Positions 9,022 to 18,631 of a stretch of DNA of 64,000 nt are shown here, piece by piece; the first letter of the stretch is position 1, and every line of letters starts with the position of its first letter. The notes under the pieces are model-generated. The model ran no database searches and was not told the origin of the DNA. It saw only the letters and a program-made list of their open reading frames with translations. Position numbers and translations under genes: made by a program. The stretch covers positions 192,001-256,000 of the forward strand of contig OY970172.1 in assembly GCA_963707655.1 (NCBI GenBank). Direction: 5' to 3'. The stretch is from an uncultured bacterium. GTDB taxonomy: Bacteria > Babelota > Babeliae > Babelales > Vermiphilaceae.

Positions 9022-10757
9022 AATTTATTGAAGTTGCCGACTATTTTCAAAAGATTGAGCAAGAGAGCTCACGATTAAAAATTACTCATCTGTTAGGTGA
9101 ATTGTTTAAACAGGCTGACGCGCAAGAAATCTCTATCATCGCCAATCTCTCTTTGGGCCAACTGCATGCTCCTTATCTTGGCAAACAGTTTAACATGGCA
9201 GACAAAAATTTAATTAAAATTATTGCCGATCTGTTACACGAGACTGAACATACTATAGCCCAAGAGCTAAAATTGGTGGGAGATTTGGGTATTATCGTTG
9301 GCGCAGGCACCTGGCAAGCAAAAAAAGAATTATCGGTCAATGATGTCTATGTCGCATTAAATAGCATGCAACAAATCAGTGGGACAGGATCACAAGAAGA
9401 AAAAAGCATTTATTTGGTTGCGTTACTGAATGATCTCGATCCCCTGTCAGCAAAATATATTGTGCGTATTATTCTGGGCAAGCTGCGGCTTGGCTTTTCT
9501 GATATGACTATAATTGACGCTCTTTCTTGGATGGAAGCGGGCAATAAATCATTGCGCGGCATTATTGAAAATAGCTATAATATATCGGTTGATATTGGCT
9601 ATATTGCGCAAACGCTTAAAAGCAGCGGAGTCAAAGCACTGGAAAATATGCAGATTCGCATTGGTGTGCCTATTCGTCCCGCAGCGGCAGAGCGCTTGCC
9701 AACAGCGCGCGCAATTATAGAAAAATTAGGACCATCGATCGCGCAGCCCAAACTTGATGGCTTTCGTTTGCAAATTCACTTAAAAAAAACCGATAACAAA
9801 ACAGAAATTCATTTCTTTTCTCGCAACCTTCTTGATATGTCATACATGTTTCCTGATATAGCTCGGGCTATTGAAACATTGGATGTGCAAGAGCTCATTT
9901 GCGAAGGGGAAGCAATCGTCTATGACACTCATACCAATACGTTTTTGCCGTTTCAAGAAACGGTAAAAAGAAAACGTAAACATGGTATTGAGCAAGCGGC
10001 AGAAGAGTTTCCTCTGCGCGTTTTCATTTTTGATCTTCTCTATCTCAATGGCAAAGATTTCTTGAATAAAACACATGAAGAGCGCCGCACGCGACTGCTT
10101 TCTCTGTTCAAAGATTTTCCCAGCCAAGCAGTACAAGTTATTGGTGAACTACCGGTGAACACCGCTCAAGAGCTAGAAAATTATTTTGCTGCCAATATTG
10201 CAGCCGGACTTGAAGGGCTCGTAGTAAAACGGGCCGATGCAATTTACCAACCGGGAAAACGTAATTTTAACTGGATTAAATTAAAGCGCCAGGAAGAGGG
10301 CCACTTAGAAGATACCGTTGATTGTGTAATTCTTGGCTACTACGCGGGAGAAGGCAAACGAGCTAGTTTTGGCATAGGTGCATTTTTGGTTGGGCTGTAT
10401 CATCCGCAGCAAGATCGTTTTGAAACAATCGCAAAAATTGGTACCGGTCTTTCTGATGAGCAATGGATTGAATTAAAAAAGAAGTGTGATGCAATTATGG
10501 TGCACGACAAGCCGAAAAATGTGCTGGTAGGCAAAGAACTTGCGCCACATGTTTGGGTTGATCCGTCAATCGTCTGTATCATTCGTGCAGATGAAATTAC
10601 TATATCTCCGGCGCATACTGCCGGCAAAACGGAACATAAACTCGGGTATGCATTGCGCTTTCCCCGCTTTATGGGTTATCGCAGTGACAAAAGTGCCGAT
10701 GAAGCAACAACAATACACGAAATAGAGCGCATGTATCAGGACCAATTCAGAAAATAA
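9018..10757 (+). CDS. lig: ATP-dependent DNA ligase (archaeal/LigI-like, DBD-NTase-OB)
   Basis: KLDGFR adenylation motif, EGE, FDLLY, EGLVVK, WIKLK, LRFPRF. Confidence 0.95.
   Translation: MKFIEVADYFQKIEQESSRLKITHLLGELFKQADAQEISIIANLSLGQLHAPYLGKQFNMADKNLIKIIADLLHETEHTIAQELKLVGDLGIIVGAGTWQAKKELSVNDVYVALNSMQQISGTGSQEEKSIYLVALLNDLDPLSAKYIVRIILGKLRLGFSDMTIIDALSWMEAGNKSLRGIIENSYNISVDIGYIAQTLKSSGVKALENMQIRIGVPIRPAAAERLPTARAIIEKLGPSIAQPKLDGFRLQIHLKKTDNKTEIHFFSRNLLDMSYMFPDIARAIETLDVQELICEGEAIVYDTHTNTFLPFQETVKRKRKHGIEQAAEEFPLRVFIFDLLYLNGKDFLNKTHEERRTRLLSLFKDFPSQAVQVIGELPVNTAQELENYFAANIAAGLEGLVVKRADAIYQPGKRNFNWIKLKRQEEGHLEDTVDCVILGYYAGEGKRASFGIGAFLVGLYHPQQDRFETIAKIGTGLSDEQWIELKKKCDAIMVHDKPKNVLVGKELAPHVWVDPSIVCIIRADEITISPAHTAGKTEHKLGYALRFPRFMGYRSDKSADEATTIHEIERMYQDQFRK
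10700..10757 (+). repeat. Ligase 3'-end sequence, repeated at 11480-11539
   Basis: tgaagcaacaacaataca(c/t)gaaatagagcgc(gc)atgtatcaggacca.tt.agaaaataa occurs twice. Confidence 0.92.
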
Positions 10758-10788
10758 TGGCTTCTTTGCCTATTAATAGTATTACAAT

Positions 10789-10825
10789 AAAAAGCGGTCC
10801 TTTTTTTTAGAAAGAACCGCTTTTT
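10789..10825. terminator. Bidirectional intrinsic terminator
   Basis: aaaaagcggt...accgcttttt between convergent genes. Confidence 0.75.
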
Positions 10826-10842
10826 ATTTTTTGGCTATTTTG

Positions 10843-11343
10843 TTATTGTTTGACTGCTTTTTCTATGGTATTAAAAGCGGTATCAACAACCACGTGGCAA
10901 ACGTATCGTAATGTTTGTCTGGCAGCAAATAATACTACTAATGCGTGGGGCATGTCTGCGTCTTTTTGTTCGTGCAAAGCATCATACGGTCTAGGAGACA
11001 GCAAGGCGTTGATCATTTTTTCAACGATTAATGTTTTTGCAGCTTCTCTACCTGTCGCTTTAAGTTGCTCAGCGGGTGTCTTGTTGCCATTGTCAACAAA
11101 CGTAGATGTTGCATTGCCGATTACTTCTATAGCTTCACTCTTATTTAATAGAGTATAACCTCGTATCGATATGAAAGGTGATGAGCGTTTCTGGAGGCCA
11201 ATTTTCAGGCCGTTTTTTATTACCCAACAGATTCTGTCGCTCGATTCAGGGGTTTCAGGAGCTGCGTTGATATCGTCACTCTCGCTTCCATTTATAAAAG
11301 AAATTACCATTAACAATGAAAGCATCAATTTAGAGAAATTCAC
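10843..11343 (-). CDS. Secreted hypothetical protein, paralogue of 11634-12179
   Basis: Signal peptide; shared I.G....N.S and AAKT...EK patterns. Confidence 0.75.
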   Translation of the reverse strand: MNFSKLMLSLLMVISFINGSESDDINAAPETPESSDRICWVIKNGLKIGLQKRSSPFISIRGYTLLNKSEAIEVIGNATSTFVDNGNKTPAEQLKATGREAAKTLIVEKMINALLSPRPYDALHEQKDADMPHALVVLFAARQTLRYVCHVVVDTAFNTIEKAVKQ

Positions 11344-11479
11344 GGAACTCCTATTAGAATAAAAAAATAATAAATTTTATATGTTATTGATCGCAACTCA
11401 ATTGTAATTTTAACAGATAGAGTTTTTTTGTAAAAATTATTTTTAAAACATGTGGTTGTGATACGTACAATGTGCCCGT

Positions 11480-11539
11480 TGAAGCAACAACAATACATGA
11501 AATAGAGCGCGCATGTATCAGGACCAGTTTAGAAAATAA
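11480..11539 (+). repeat. Degenerate second copy of ligase 3' end
   Basis: Direct repeat of 10700-10757 with a 2-nt GC insertion. Confidence 0.92.
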
Positions 11540-11573
11540 AGCGCACAGAAAAATTTAATTCATTGTAGAGCAT

Positions 11574-11610
11574 AAAAAGAGGCAGTCTTTTTTACGAGAC
11601 TGCCTCTTTT
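11574..11610. terminator. Bidirectional intrinsic terminator
   Basis: aaaaagaggcagtct...agactgcctcttttt. Confidence 0.85.
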
Positions 11611-11633
11611 ATTATCCAGTTACTATGTCAGTA

Positions 11634-12179
11634 TTATGGTTTGTGATTGTGCTTTGCGGGGCAATATTTTGCTTCTACGCTATTGACCACGGTAGCAGCA
11701 ACGGCACGAGCACTGGTGGTGAGCGCCAAATTTGCAAGGTAGGCAGCGTTTGAATCACCTTGCAAGCATGCAGGAGTAGAGATGCCGGTCATTGCTTGTG
11801 TTTTAGCGATTGCAAATTTAATAAAAGCTACTACTTTTTCAGCTGCATAGGTTTTAGCCGCTTGTGCCACTACGGCGGTTGCTACCGCTTTAGGATCTTT
11901 GTTGCTTCTGTCGGCAGAGCTCAACTCATTGATAATCACAGCGCCAGCATCTGTTGCCACTGCTGCAACATCACTGCTATTTATTACGCTTATGCCTTTT
12001 ACGTTAAATTGTATTTTGTATTTTTTGTCTAGGAGTTGTTTGATGCCTTCTTTAGCAAACACATTCCGAGCTTCAGTAGCATAATTCGCGTCAAGATCAG
12101 CGCGTTTTATCGAGATTGCTGAGTTCGCAGAAGAAATGAGCATTAATAAAGAAAAGATAACAATTTTTGAAGATTTCAT
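11634..12179 (-). CDS. Secreted Ala-rich hypothetical protein, paralogue of 10843-11343
   Basis: Signal peptide MKSSKIVIFSLLMLISSANS; similarity to neighbour. Confidence 0.75.
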   Translation of the reverse strand: MKSSKIVIFSLLMLISSANSAISIKRADLDANYATEARNVFAKEGIKQLLDKKYKIQFNVKGISVINSSDVAAVATDAGAVIINELSSADRSNKDPKAVATAVVAQAAKTYAAEKVVAFIKFAIAKTQAMTGISTPACLQGDSNAAYLANLALTTSARAVAATVVNSVEAKYCPAKHNHKP

Positions 12180-12311
12180 ATGATTCCTTCATAAGAATGA
12201 AACTAAAAATATTACTTCATTGATTTGCATTGAAGTCAAAGCAAATCGGCATCACTCTAATACGGCTCATTAATTTTGTAAATGTTTTTGAAGATCGAGC
12301 CTCATTTTTTG

Positions 12312-13685
12312 CTATTTTTTGTATAGTTTTTTGGTCATAGCTGCCTGTTGAGCATGCTCAACGATTGGGCGCGGATAATGCGCAATTATAGGGCTTTTCG
12401 GTTTGTACCAGGTATGAATAACAGGAGGCGTTAGGAGATTTAATTCTGGCACCCATTTTTTTATATATGCACAATGAGCATCAAATTTTTTCTGCTGAAG
12501 CCACGGGTTGAAAATTCTAAAATAGGGCTGAGCATCACAACCGGTGGAGGAAACCCATTGCCAATTGCCATTATTCACTGCAGGGTCATAATCTATCAAT
12601 TTCTGTGCAAAATAGCGCTCGCCCCAGCGCCAGTCAATGTGTAAATCTTTGACCAAAAATGAGCCAACCACCATGCGAACTCGATTATGCATGTAGCCAG
12701 TGGCATTGAGTTCTCTCATGCCAGCGTCAACGAGAGGAAATCCTGTGGTTCCCGTGCACCAGGCAGTAAATTTTTTTGCATCATTTTCCCAGCGTAAATT
12801 GTTGTAATGTTGCTTAAATGCATGCCCAAACACACGGGGAAAATTAAAGGCTACGTGAGTAAAAAAATCACGCCAGTATAATGCGCGAATTAATTCATGA
12901 GATTTTCCCAACTGTTTGCATAAAGCGTGATACAGTTCACGGATAGAAACGGTACCAAATTTATTATGCGCAGATAGATGGGTTGTTGCGTCAAGTGCAG
13001 GAAATTCCCGCTCATGTGCATAATTTTTGTATTCTGCAAGACTTTTTACAATTTTCATCGCATTACTTCTGCCGCCAGGTATGGCATGTTTATTCTCAGA
13101 AGGGCAGATTTTTTTGTAGAGAGATTCAGGGCAAGCAAGCGCTATTTTTCCCGTATAAAAATGCATGGTAGCGGCCCTTTGCGGCTTGCGGACAGTCATA
13201 GCGCGTGTAGCATGTTTAAAAAAGGGAGTGAACATTAAATAGGGAGTATTGCTTTTTGTTTTTACTTCTTCGGGTTCATGGAGCAGGGCGTCAGCATACT
13301 GATGAAAAGTCACCGCATGCTCAGCGCATATTTTTTTAAGTGCAGCATCCCGCTCAATGCTAAAAGGCGTATAATCTCGATTACAAAAAACTGCTTCTAT
13401 TTTTTCTTGTTTGATCAAAGCAGCGACTATTTTTTCAGGATTGCCATCAAAAAGATAAAGATGTGCTTTGCGGTTTTTAAGCTGTTTATTTAAATCTTGC
13501 AGCGATTGGACCATGAATTGAATGCAGTTATCGCTCTTGTATTCATTTTCATTGCCCACTTGCCGGGGGTCAACTATAAAACAGGGAATAATTGATGCTG
13601 ATATTTTTGCCGCTTGCATAAGGGAAGTATTATCTTCAAGCCGAAGATCTCTTCTAAAGATGAAAAGTGATTTTTTATAACGCAT
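12312..13685 (-). CDS. phrB: Deoxyribodipyrimidine photolyase (photolyase/cryptochrome family)
   Basis: FRRDLRLEDN, GTTGFPLVDAGMREL, MHNRVRM, NNGNWQW, RIFNP. Confidence 0.93.
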   Translation of the reverse strand: MRYKKSLFIFRRDLRLEDNTSLMQAAKISASIIPCFIVDPRQVGNENEYKSDNCIQFMVQSLQDLNKQLKNRKAHLYLFDGNPEKIVAALIKQEKIEAVFCNRDYTPFSIERDAALKKICAEHAVTFHQYADALLHEPEEVKTKSNTPYLMFTPFFKHATRAMTVRKPQRAATMHFYTGKIALACPESLYKKICPSENKHAIPGGRSNAMKIVKSLAEYKNYAHEREFPALDATTHLSAHNKFGTVSIRELYHALCKQLGKSHELIRALYWRDFFTHVAFNFPRVFGHAFKQHYNNLRWENDAKKFTAWCTGTTGFPLVDAGMRELNATGYMHNRVRMVVGSFLVKDLHIDWRWGERYFAQKLIDYDPAVNNGNWQWVSSTGCDAQPYFRIFNPWLQQKKFDAHCAYIKKWVPELNLLTPPVIHTWYKPKSPIIAHYPRPIVEHAQQAAMTKKLYKK

Positions 13686-13817
13686 AACACCACCCCTTTT
13701 TATAGCAGACCTGTTTTATTAGCATCATTGCATCGCATTACTATTTTTTCAAGAAATAGGTGGATGATTATGAGCCAAGTGCAGAAAATCTTTATTGGGC
13801 GCGCTTTTTTGAATTAT

Positions 13818-14582
13818 TTAGATGGTCAATAACCGTCGTCTGGATAAGGACTCAAAAGTGATGAAATCTTCATTGCGGAAATCTTCGGGGCAATCGTCTT
13901 CTGAAGAATCGAACGCTGAAGCATCCGCACTTACTATCGCTCGCGCGAGTGGATTTGGTACCGGTTCTATTGTTTTGAGATAGGCTTCGTGTGCCAGCTT
14001 AACTCTTTCCTGCGACTGATTAACGTAGTCTTGAAAACTGCTCGGCTTTAGAGTGACCGGCGGAATAGCAATATGGTTCTCTAAAGGAAATATATTTTTT
14101 GCCGCTTGGGTTCGTCTTTGGCATTGCAACTCTCTAGATTTTTTGATCCATTCTGTCCTTGATATTTCATTCCACCACCAAATTCGGCTGTTTAGTGCGC
14201 CAAGTTCGGTCATGATTTCTTGCGCATGGGGGCACGCCTGTAGTTTGGTTCGGCGTTCTTTTTCTTGTCCCTCTTGTGTGATACATTCGATAGTAATAAG
14301 TTTATCGTATTCTGCTCGAAGCCTATCGCGGTACGAAGTGAGATTTCTACCAATTTTTGCTTCGTTATCGATTATTATTTCTTCAGTAAGAAATTTTGCT
14401 TGCACTTTTCTAACGTAGGGTTTTTCCACCCCAAAGTACCATGCGCTATACACCAAGGAGCCCATACCAACAATGGCACCCGTGGCTATAGCCGTCTTAG
14501 ATGCATACCATGGCTGAATCTCTCCTGCTTGGGCTGATGCGAGCGCTAATAATCCACTTAAGGCGATTTTTTTTGTGTTCAT
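13818..14582 (-). CDS. Secreted/membrane hypothetical protein
   Basis: Signal peptide from MNTKKIALSG, second hydrophobic segment; GAGG RBS. Confidence 0.7.
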   Translation of the reverse strand: MNTKKIALSGLLALASAQAGEIQPWYASKTAIATGAIVGMGSLVYSAWYFGVEKPYVRKVQAKFLTEEIIIDNEAKIGRNLTSYRDRLRAEYDKLITIECITQEGQEKERRTKLQACPHAQEIMTELGALNSRIWWWNEISRTEWIKKSRELQCQRRTQAAKNIFPLENHIAIPPVTLKPSSFQDYVNQSQERVKLAHEAYLKTIEPVPNPLARAIVSADASAFDSSEDDCPEDFRNEDFITFESLSRRRLLTI

Positions 14583-14723
14583 GGCTGACCTCATTTTATA
14601 ACGTATTATTTTAACGTTTTTGAAGCATGCCACATTTTATCATATGTGTAAAATTGCAATAGAATATGAGGGCTGATGAGCAGAAAAGATAGGCTAAGAA
14701 AATCTTCTGTAGGTATATTTAAC

Positions 14724-15353
14724 TTAATGGTTTTTATTGCACAATTCATAATAATAGCGCGCTTCTTCTCGTGGATTTTCGCTGCCGGTAATGCCGCGGC
14801 CAATAACAATACCATGAGGTTTTAAAGAGAGGATCTGTTGAATGACATCTCGTTTTATTTTAGCAGAAATAAATATGGGCACCGAGGCATTGCCTTGTAC
14901 AAAATCCCAATGATCAAGAAAGGCTAAAGCATCTTTTTCATCAGCGGGCTGGTGCAGCAGAAGAGCGTCTACACCCAAGCTTTTTGCTTCCAGGGCTGAT
15001 TGTGCCGGAGAACTTGCATCCACTAAATCGAGCATTACTTTTTTGTTGGCATCATGTGCGCTCATGCAGGCAGCATGAATCACCTGGCGACTTGTGCCGG
15101 CCATGACGGTAATCCAATCAGCCCCGGCTGAAGTGAATATGTGTGCCGCTTCTTTTCCGCGATCAACAATTTTACTATCGGCCATAATAATTTTGTGGGG
15201 AAATTTTTCTTTAAATTGTGTTACTGCATGGTAACCATGATAATAAATAAGCAGAGTTCCTACTTCAAAAATATCGGCATAATCTTGTATTTGTTGCGCA
15301 ACAGCAAGGGCACGAGACAAATCAGTAGTATCAAAAGATATTTGAAGTTTCAT
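14724..15353 (-). CDS. 3-hexulose-6-phosphate synthase / OMP decarboxylase superfamily protein
   Basis: LQISFD, EVGT, DxKxxD (DSKIVD), AGAD, IGRGIT. Confidence 0.85.
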   Translation of the reverse strand: MKLQISFDTTDLSRALAVAQQIQDYADIFEVGTLLIYYHGYHAVTQFKEKFPHKIIMADSKIVDRGKEAAHIFTSAGADWITVMAGTSRQVIHAACMSAHDANKKVMLDLVDASSPAQSALEAKSLGVDALLLHQPADEKDALAFLDHWDFVQGNASVPIFISAKIKRDVIQQILSLKPHGIVIGRGITGSENPREEARYYYELCNKNH

Positions 15354-15377
15354 TTTTTCCTTTTTTATCGCCTATCA

Positions 15378-16103
15378 TTATAGCTTCATGAGGCTACGCA
15401 TATCTTTTTTATCAAGCTTATATTGTATCGATAGAGTGCCAAAAAATAGGTTTAAATTGAGCATATAAAGGGCCTCAGCTATTTTATTGATACCAGGCTT
15501 GACGTAGATATCAGGAAGCAATAGATGAGGGCTCGGGTTGGTCACGGTTGCTCCCAACGGAATATAGATATTTTCTGGGCGCGCAAGAATGGTAATAGAG
15601 GCGAGTGGTATAACATTGTCGACCGGTATGGGCGCTTCTTGAAGATCCCAATATAAAAGCCCTGTTTCATGATCTTCTTTTTGTTCGGCCAAGATTATTT
15701 TTACCGGCTCCCCTTTGTTGAGCTCCCAGTGATGAATAGTATTGCCAATCATCATGATTGGGGTAATTTCCGGCGTAACAATTAGATAGAGTCGGCTGCT
15801 TTGTTGTAAGCGAGGAAAGATAATGCGTCCATTGTAATCTGAAACGGAAATGTATCCGGCGTAGGTAGTAAAAATGCCCGATACGAATTTGCTCTCTTTT
15901 TGAAATGCTTGTAGGTGGTTGCCAACATTTAATGAATGATCTAGGTGTTGTTGGGCATTTTGTGCGATGACCGGATAAGGGCGAAAAGCAAGCGAGACAA
16001 CATGGGTTGCCTGCGCGGTACCGGCGACCATACATATGATGAGTACACTGTTTTTTATGAAATGATCATGAATGAATGTATATTGCATGTTTCCAATTCT
16101 CAA
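15378..16103 (-). CDS. Secreted hypothetical protein (start uncertain)
   Basis: Long ORF with hydrophobic leader ending AQA. Confidence 0.65.
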   Translation of the reverse strand: MRIGNMQYTFIHDHFIKNSVLIICMVAGTAQATHVVSLAFRPYPVIAQNAQQHLDHSLNVGNHLQAFQKESKFVSGIFTTYAGYISVSDYNGRIIFPRLQQSSRLYLIVTPEITPIMMIGNTIHHWELNKGEPVKIILAEQKEDHETGLLYWDLQEAPIPVDNVIPLASITILARPENIYIPLGATVTNPSPHLLLPDIYVKPGINKIAEALYMLNLNLFFGTLSIQYKLDKKDMRSLMKL

Positions 16104-16177
16104 AAGAGGAGTATACTGCTTCTACTTATGATGATAGCAGAGAGTTTTTTCTAAAATCTATGGTTCAAGGGCAAGAG

Positions 16178-16852
16178 ATGAATCTTATTGATCAATTAGG
16201 AAAAAAGGGGGAGCAGGCATGGCATCAATTATGCAAAAAATATCAACTAACTGTTGAGCAACAAGAGCAGTTTGCTCGTTATTTAGCGCTGTTGCGTACA
16301 TGGAATGAAAATATCAATCTTACCGCTATAGTTGAGCCGGCAACAATTATTACCCATCATTTTCAAGATTCTTTGGAAATGGGGACTTATATTAACATTG
16401 AAAATCTTACCAGTATTGCTGATGTCGGTTCCGGAGCCGGTTTTCCTGGCATTCCCTTAAAAATTAAATACCCCCATTTACGTATGGTTCTCATTGAAGT
16501 GACCGGCAAGAAAATCGCTTTTTTACGCATGGTCATACAAGAACTTGGTCTTACCGATGTTGAATTGTACACATTGGATTGGCGCACGTTCTTGCGCAAA
16601 ACAGATGATCAGATTGATCTTTTTGTGTCCCGTGCTTCATTGGCTCCTGCGGAATTAATACGTATGTTTAGGCCAAGCTCCCCTTACAAAGATTCATTTT
16701 TAGTCTATTGGGCTTCTAAAGATTGGCAGCGGGGAGAAGAAGAAGCTCCCTTTGAAAAACAAGAATATGCTTATCAGATAGGGATAAAAAAAAGAAGATT
16801 AATTATATTTGGTAATGCTGCATTGCCTGAAAATTTGTTAAAAAAAATATAG
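16178..16852 (+). CDS. rsmG: 16S rRNA m7G527 methyltransferase
   Basis: WNENINLTAI, HFQDSL, DVGSGAGFPGIPL, KK..FL, SRA. Confidence 0.93.
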   Translation: MNLIDQLGKKGEQAWHQLCKKYQLTVEQQEQFARYLALLRTWNENINLTAIVEPATIITHHFQDSLEMGTYINIENLTSIADVGSGAGFPGIPLKIKYPHLRMVLIEVTGKKIAFLRMVIQELGLTDVELYTLDWRTFLRKTDDQIDLFVSRASLAPAELIRMFRPSSPYKDSFLVYWASKDWQRGEEEAPFEKQEYAYQIGIKKRRLIIFGNAALPENLLKKI

Positions 16853-16924
16853 GAGAGTAAGATCAGGGAGGCAAATGCCTACCTTGAACCTATAGAACTT
16901 TTTAGCATTCAAAAGGAAAAACAT

Positions 16925-18325
16925 ATGAAAAGAGGATTGTTGGCAAGCTATGTAGCAGGATTGACTGACAGGGAGCACGGCGAAAGCTATCGCACTATGA
17001 TACGCTATTTTTTTCCTGAATTTATTACGTCATTTCTCCTTTATTCCATGCCCTTAATTTTAGATGTTATATTCATCAGCCATTTAAAATCGACGCCTAC
17101 GTACACCGCATTGGGAACTACCAATAATTTTATTCATTTTTTAATCAAAATGGCTGAAGCATTTTCTGTCGGTACCATGATATTATCGGGTCAATTTAAT
17201 GGGGTTAATAGCTTGCGCGATGTGGGACGATCATTGCGCGATGCATTTTGGAGCGCTTTTATTGTTGGCTTGGGTGCGGCTCTCGTTCTCTATTTTGGTG
17301 CAGCAACCATTCTGACTTGGTATGGGGCACATGAGCAGATTCTTCCTATCGCGGTTCCTTTTCTCCGCATTCGCGCTATAGGAGTTTTTTTTATGTTTAT
17401 TTTCTTTGCGCTCATTGGCTTTATGCGTGGCGTCAAAAACACAAAAACCCCCATGTTTCTTTTTATGTTTGGTGCCGCTACTTTTATTTTGTGTGATTAT
17501 CTGTTCATTTTCGGCAAATGGGGAATGCCTGCCCTTGGGTTGCAAGGCTCCGCCTACGCTACCATATGTCAGTATGTACTCATGCTTATTGTTGCTTTTG
17601 GCATTATTTTATCTGATCCCCTCTATCGTAAATATGGGATCGATCTTTTTAATATTTTTAGCGATACCACATACATCAAACAATTTTTGACGGTCACGTG
17701 GCCGGTTGCTCTGGATAAAGCAACCATTGCGTTTGCTTATATTTGGCTAGGGAAAATGATTGCAGGGATGGGGTTGAGTGCGCAAACTACTTTCTGTGCC
17801 ATTAAAGACATTGAGCGCTTTTCTTTTCTTCCCGCTATTGCATTTGCTCAAATTATAACTTTTTTGGTAAGCAATGATCTGGGCAAACAAAAGTGGCAGG
17901 CGATTAAAAGCAATATTAAAAAATCACTTTTTCTCGCGAGTTTTGTGATCGCCCTCTTGCTGATCTTTTGTTATACTTTTTTGGATACGATTATCTCATT
18001 TTTTGATTGTACGAAGGGGATTACTCCTGTCGTACGGCAGATATTTCCGATGGTGAGTATACTTGTTTTCTTTGACCTGCTACAATTAATCTTATCCGGC
18101 GCTTTGCGCGGTTCTGGCAATGTGCGCGTGGTTATGATGGTAAGATTAATGGTATGTATCTGCTACTTTGGCCCATTTTCATATATTCTTTCCCATCTGC
18201 CGATTCAGGATGAAACAGTGAAATTTATGTTGGTTTATGGATCGTTTTATATAGGCAACGCTTTAATGAGCTTGTTATATATTCAACGGTTTCGCGGCCA
18301 GGATTGGAAAACGCATTCAATATAG
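16925..18325 (+). CDS. MATE family efflux transporter
   Basis: About 12 TM segments; RGVKNTKTPM, GLQGSAYAT, GALRGSGN. Confidence 0.9.
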   Translation: MKRGLLASYVAGLTDREHGESYRTMIRYFFPEFITSFLLYSMPLILDVIFISHLKSTPTYTALGTTNNFIHFLIKMAEAFSVGTMILSGQFNGVNSLRDVGRSLRDAFWSAFIVGLGAALVLYFGAATILTWYGAHEQILPIAVPFLRIRAIGVFFMFIFFALIGFMRGVKNTKTPMFLFMFGAATFILCDYLFIFGKWGMPALGLQGSAYATICQYVLMLIVAFGIILSDPLYRKYGIDLFNIFSDTTYIKQFLTVTWPVALDKATIAFAYIWLGKMIAGMGLSAQTTFCAIKDIERFSFLPAIAFAQIITFLVSNDLGKQKWQAIKSNIKKSLFLASFVIALLLIFCYTFLDTIISFFDCTKGITPVVRQIFPMVSILVFFDLLQLILSGALRGSGNVRVVMMVRLMVCICYFGPFSYILSHLPIQDETVKFMLVYGSFYIGNALMSLLYIQRFRGQDWKTHSI

Positions 18326-18331
18326 GATATT

Positions 18332-18616
18332 ATGGCAATTATTTCTCGGGAAGAAGTTCTTAAACTTGCGCGTATGTCTAATCTTTCAATTCATGATAAT
18401 GAAGTTGAAGGGATTATGAAACAGATTGAAGATGTTCTTACGTATGCGGCGCGCGTGCAGGAAATTAAAGAAGATGTTACCCTTGCTGCAATGAAAAACA
18501 TTAATAGGGTTCGTGAAGATCTGGTTATTCCTACCGATCCTGCGCCACTTCTTGCACAGGCTCCTGAACAAGAAGCCAACTATTTTGTAGTTCCCGCTAT
18601 TCTAGAACATAAATAA
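18332..18616 (+). CDS. gatC: Asp/Glu-tRNA amidotransferase subunit C
   Basis: ISREEVLKLAR, RED, LAQAP, YFVVP; adjacent to gatA. Confidence 0.93.
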   Translation: MAIISREEVLKLARMSNLSIHDNEVEGIMKQIEDVLTYAARVQEIKEDVTLAAMKNINRVREDLVIPTDPAPLLAQAPEQEANYFVVPAILEHK

Positions 18617-18631
18617 AAGGTTTTTTTAACG

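Noticed and set aside
16860..16890. Riboswitch upstream of the MATE gene (ggcaaatgcc hairpin)
   Set aside because: Only one short hairpin; no second conserved element of a known riboswitch class.
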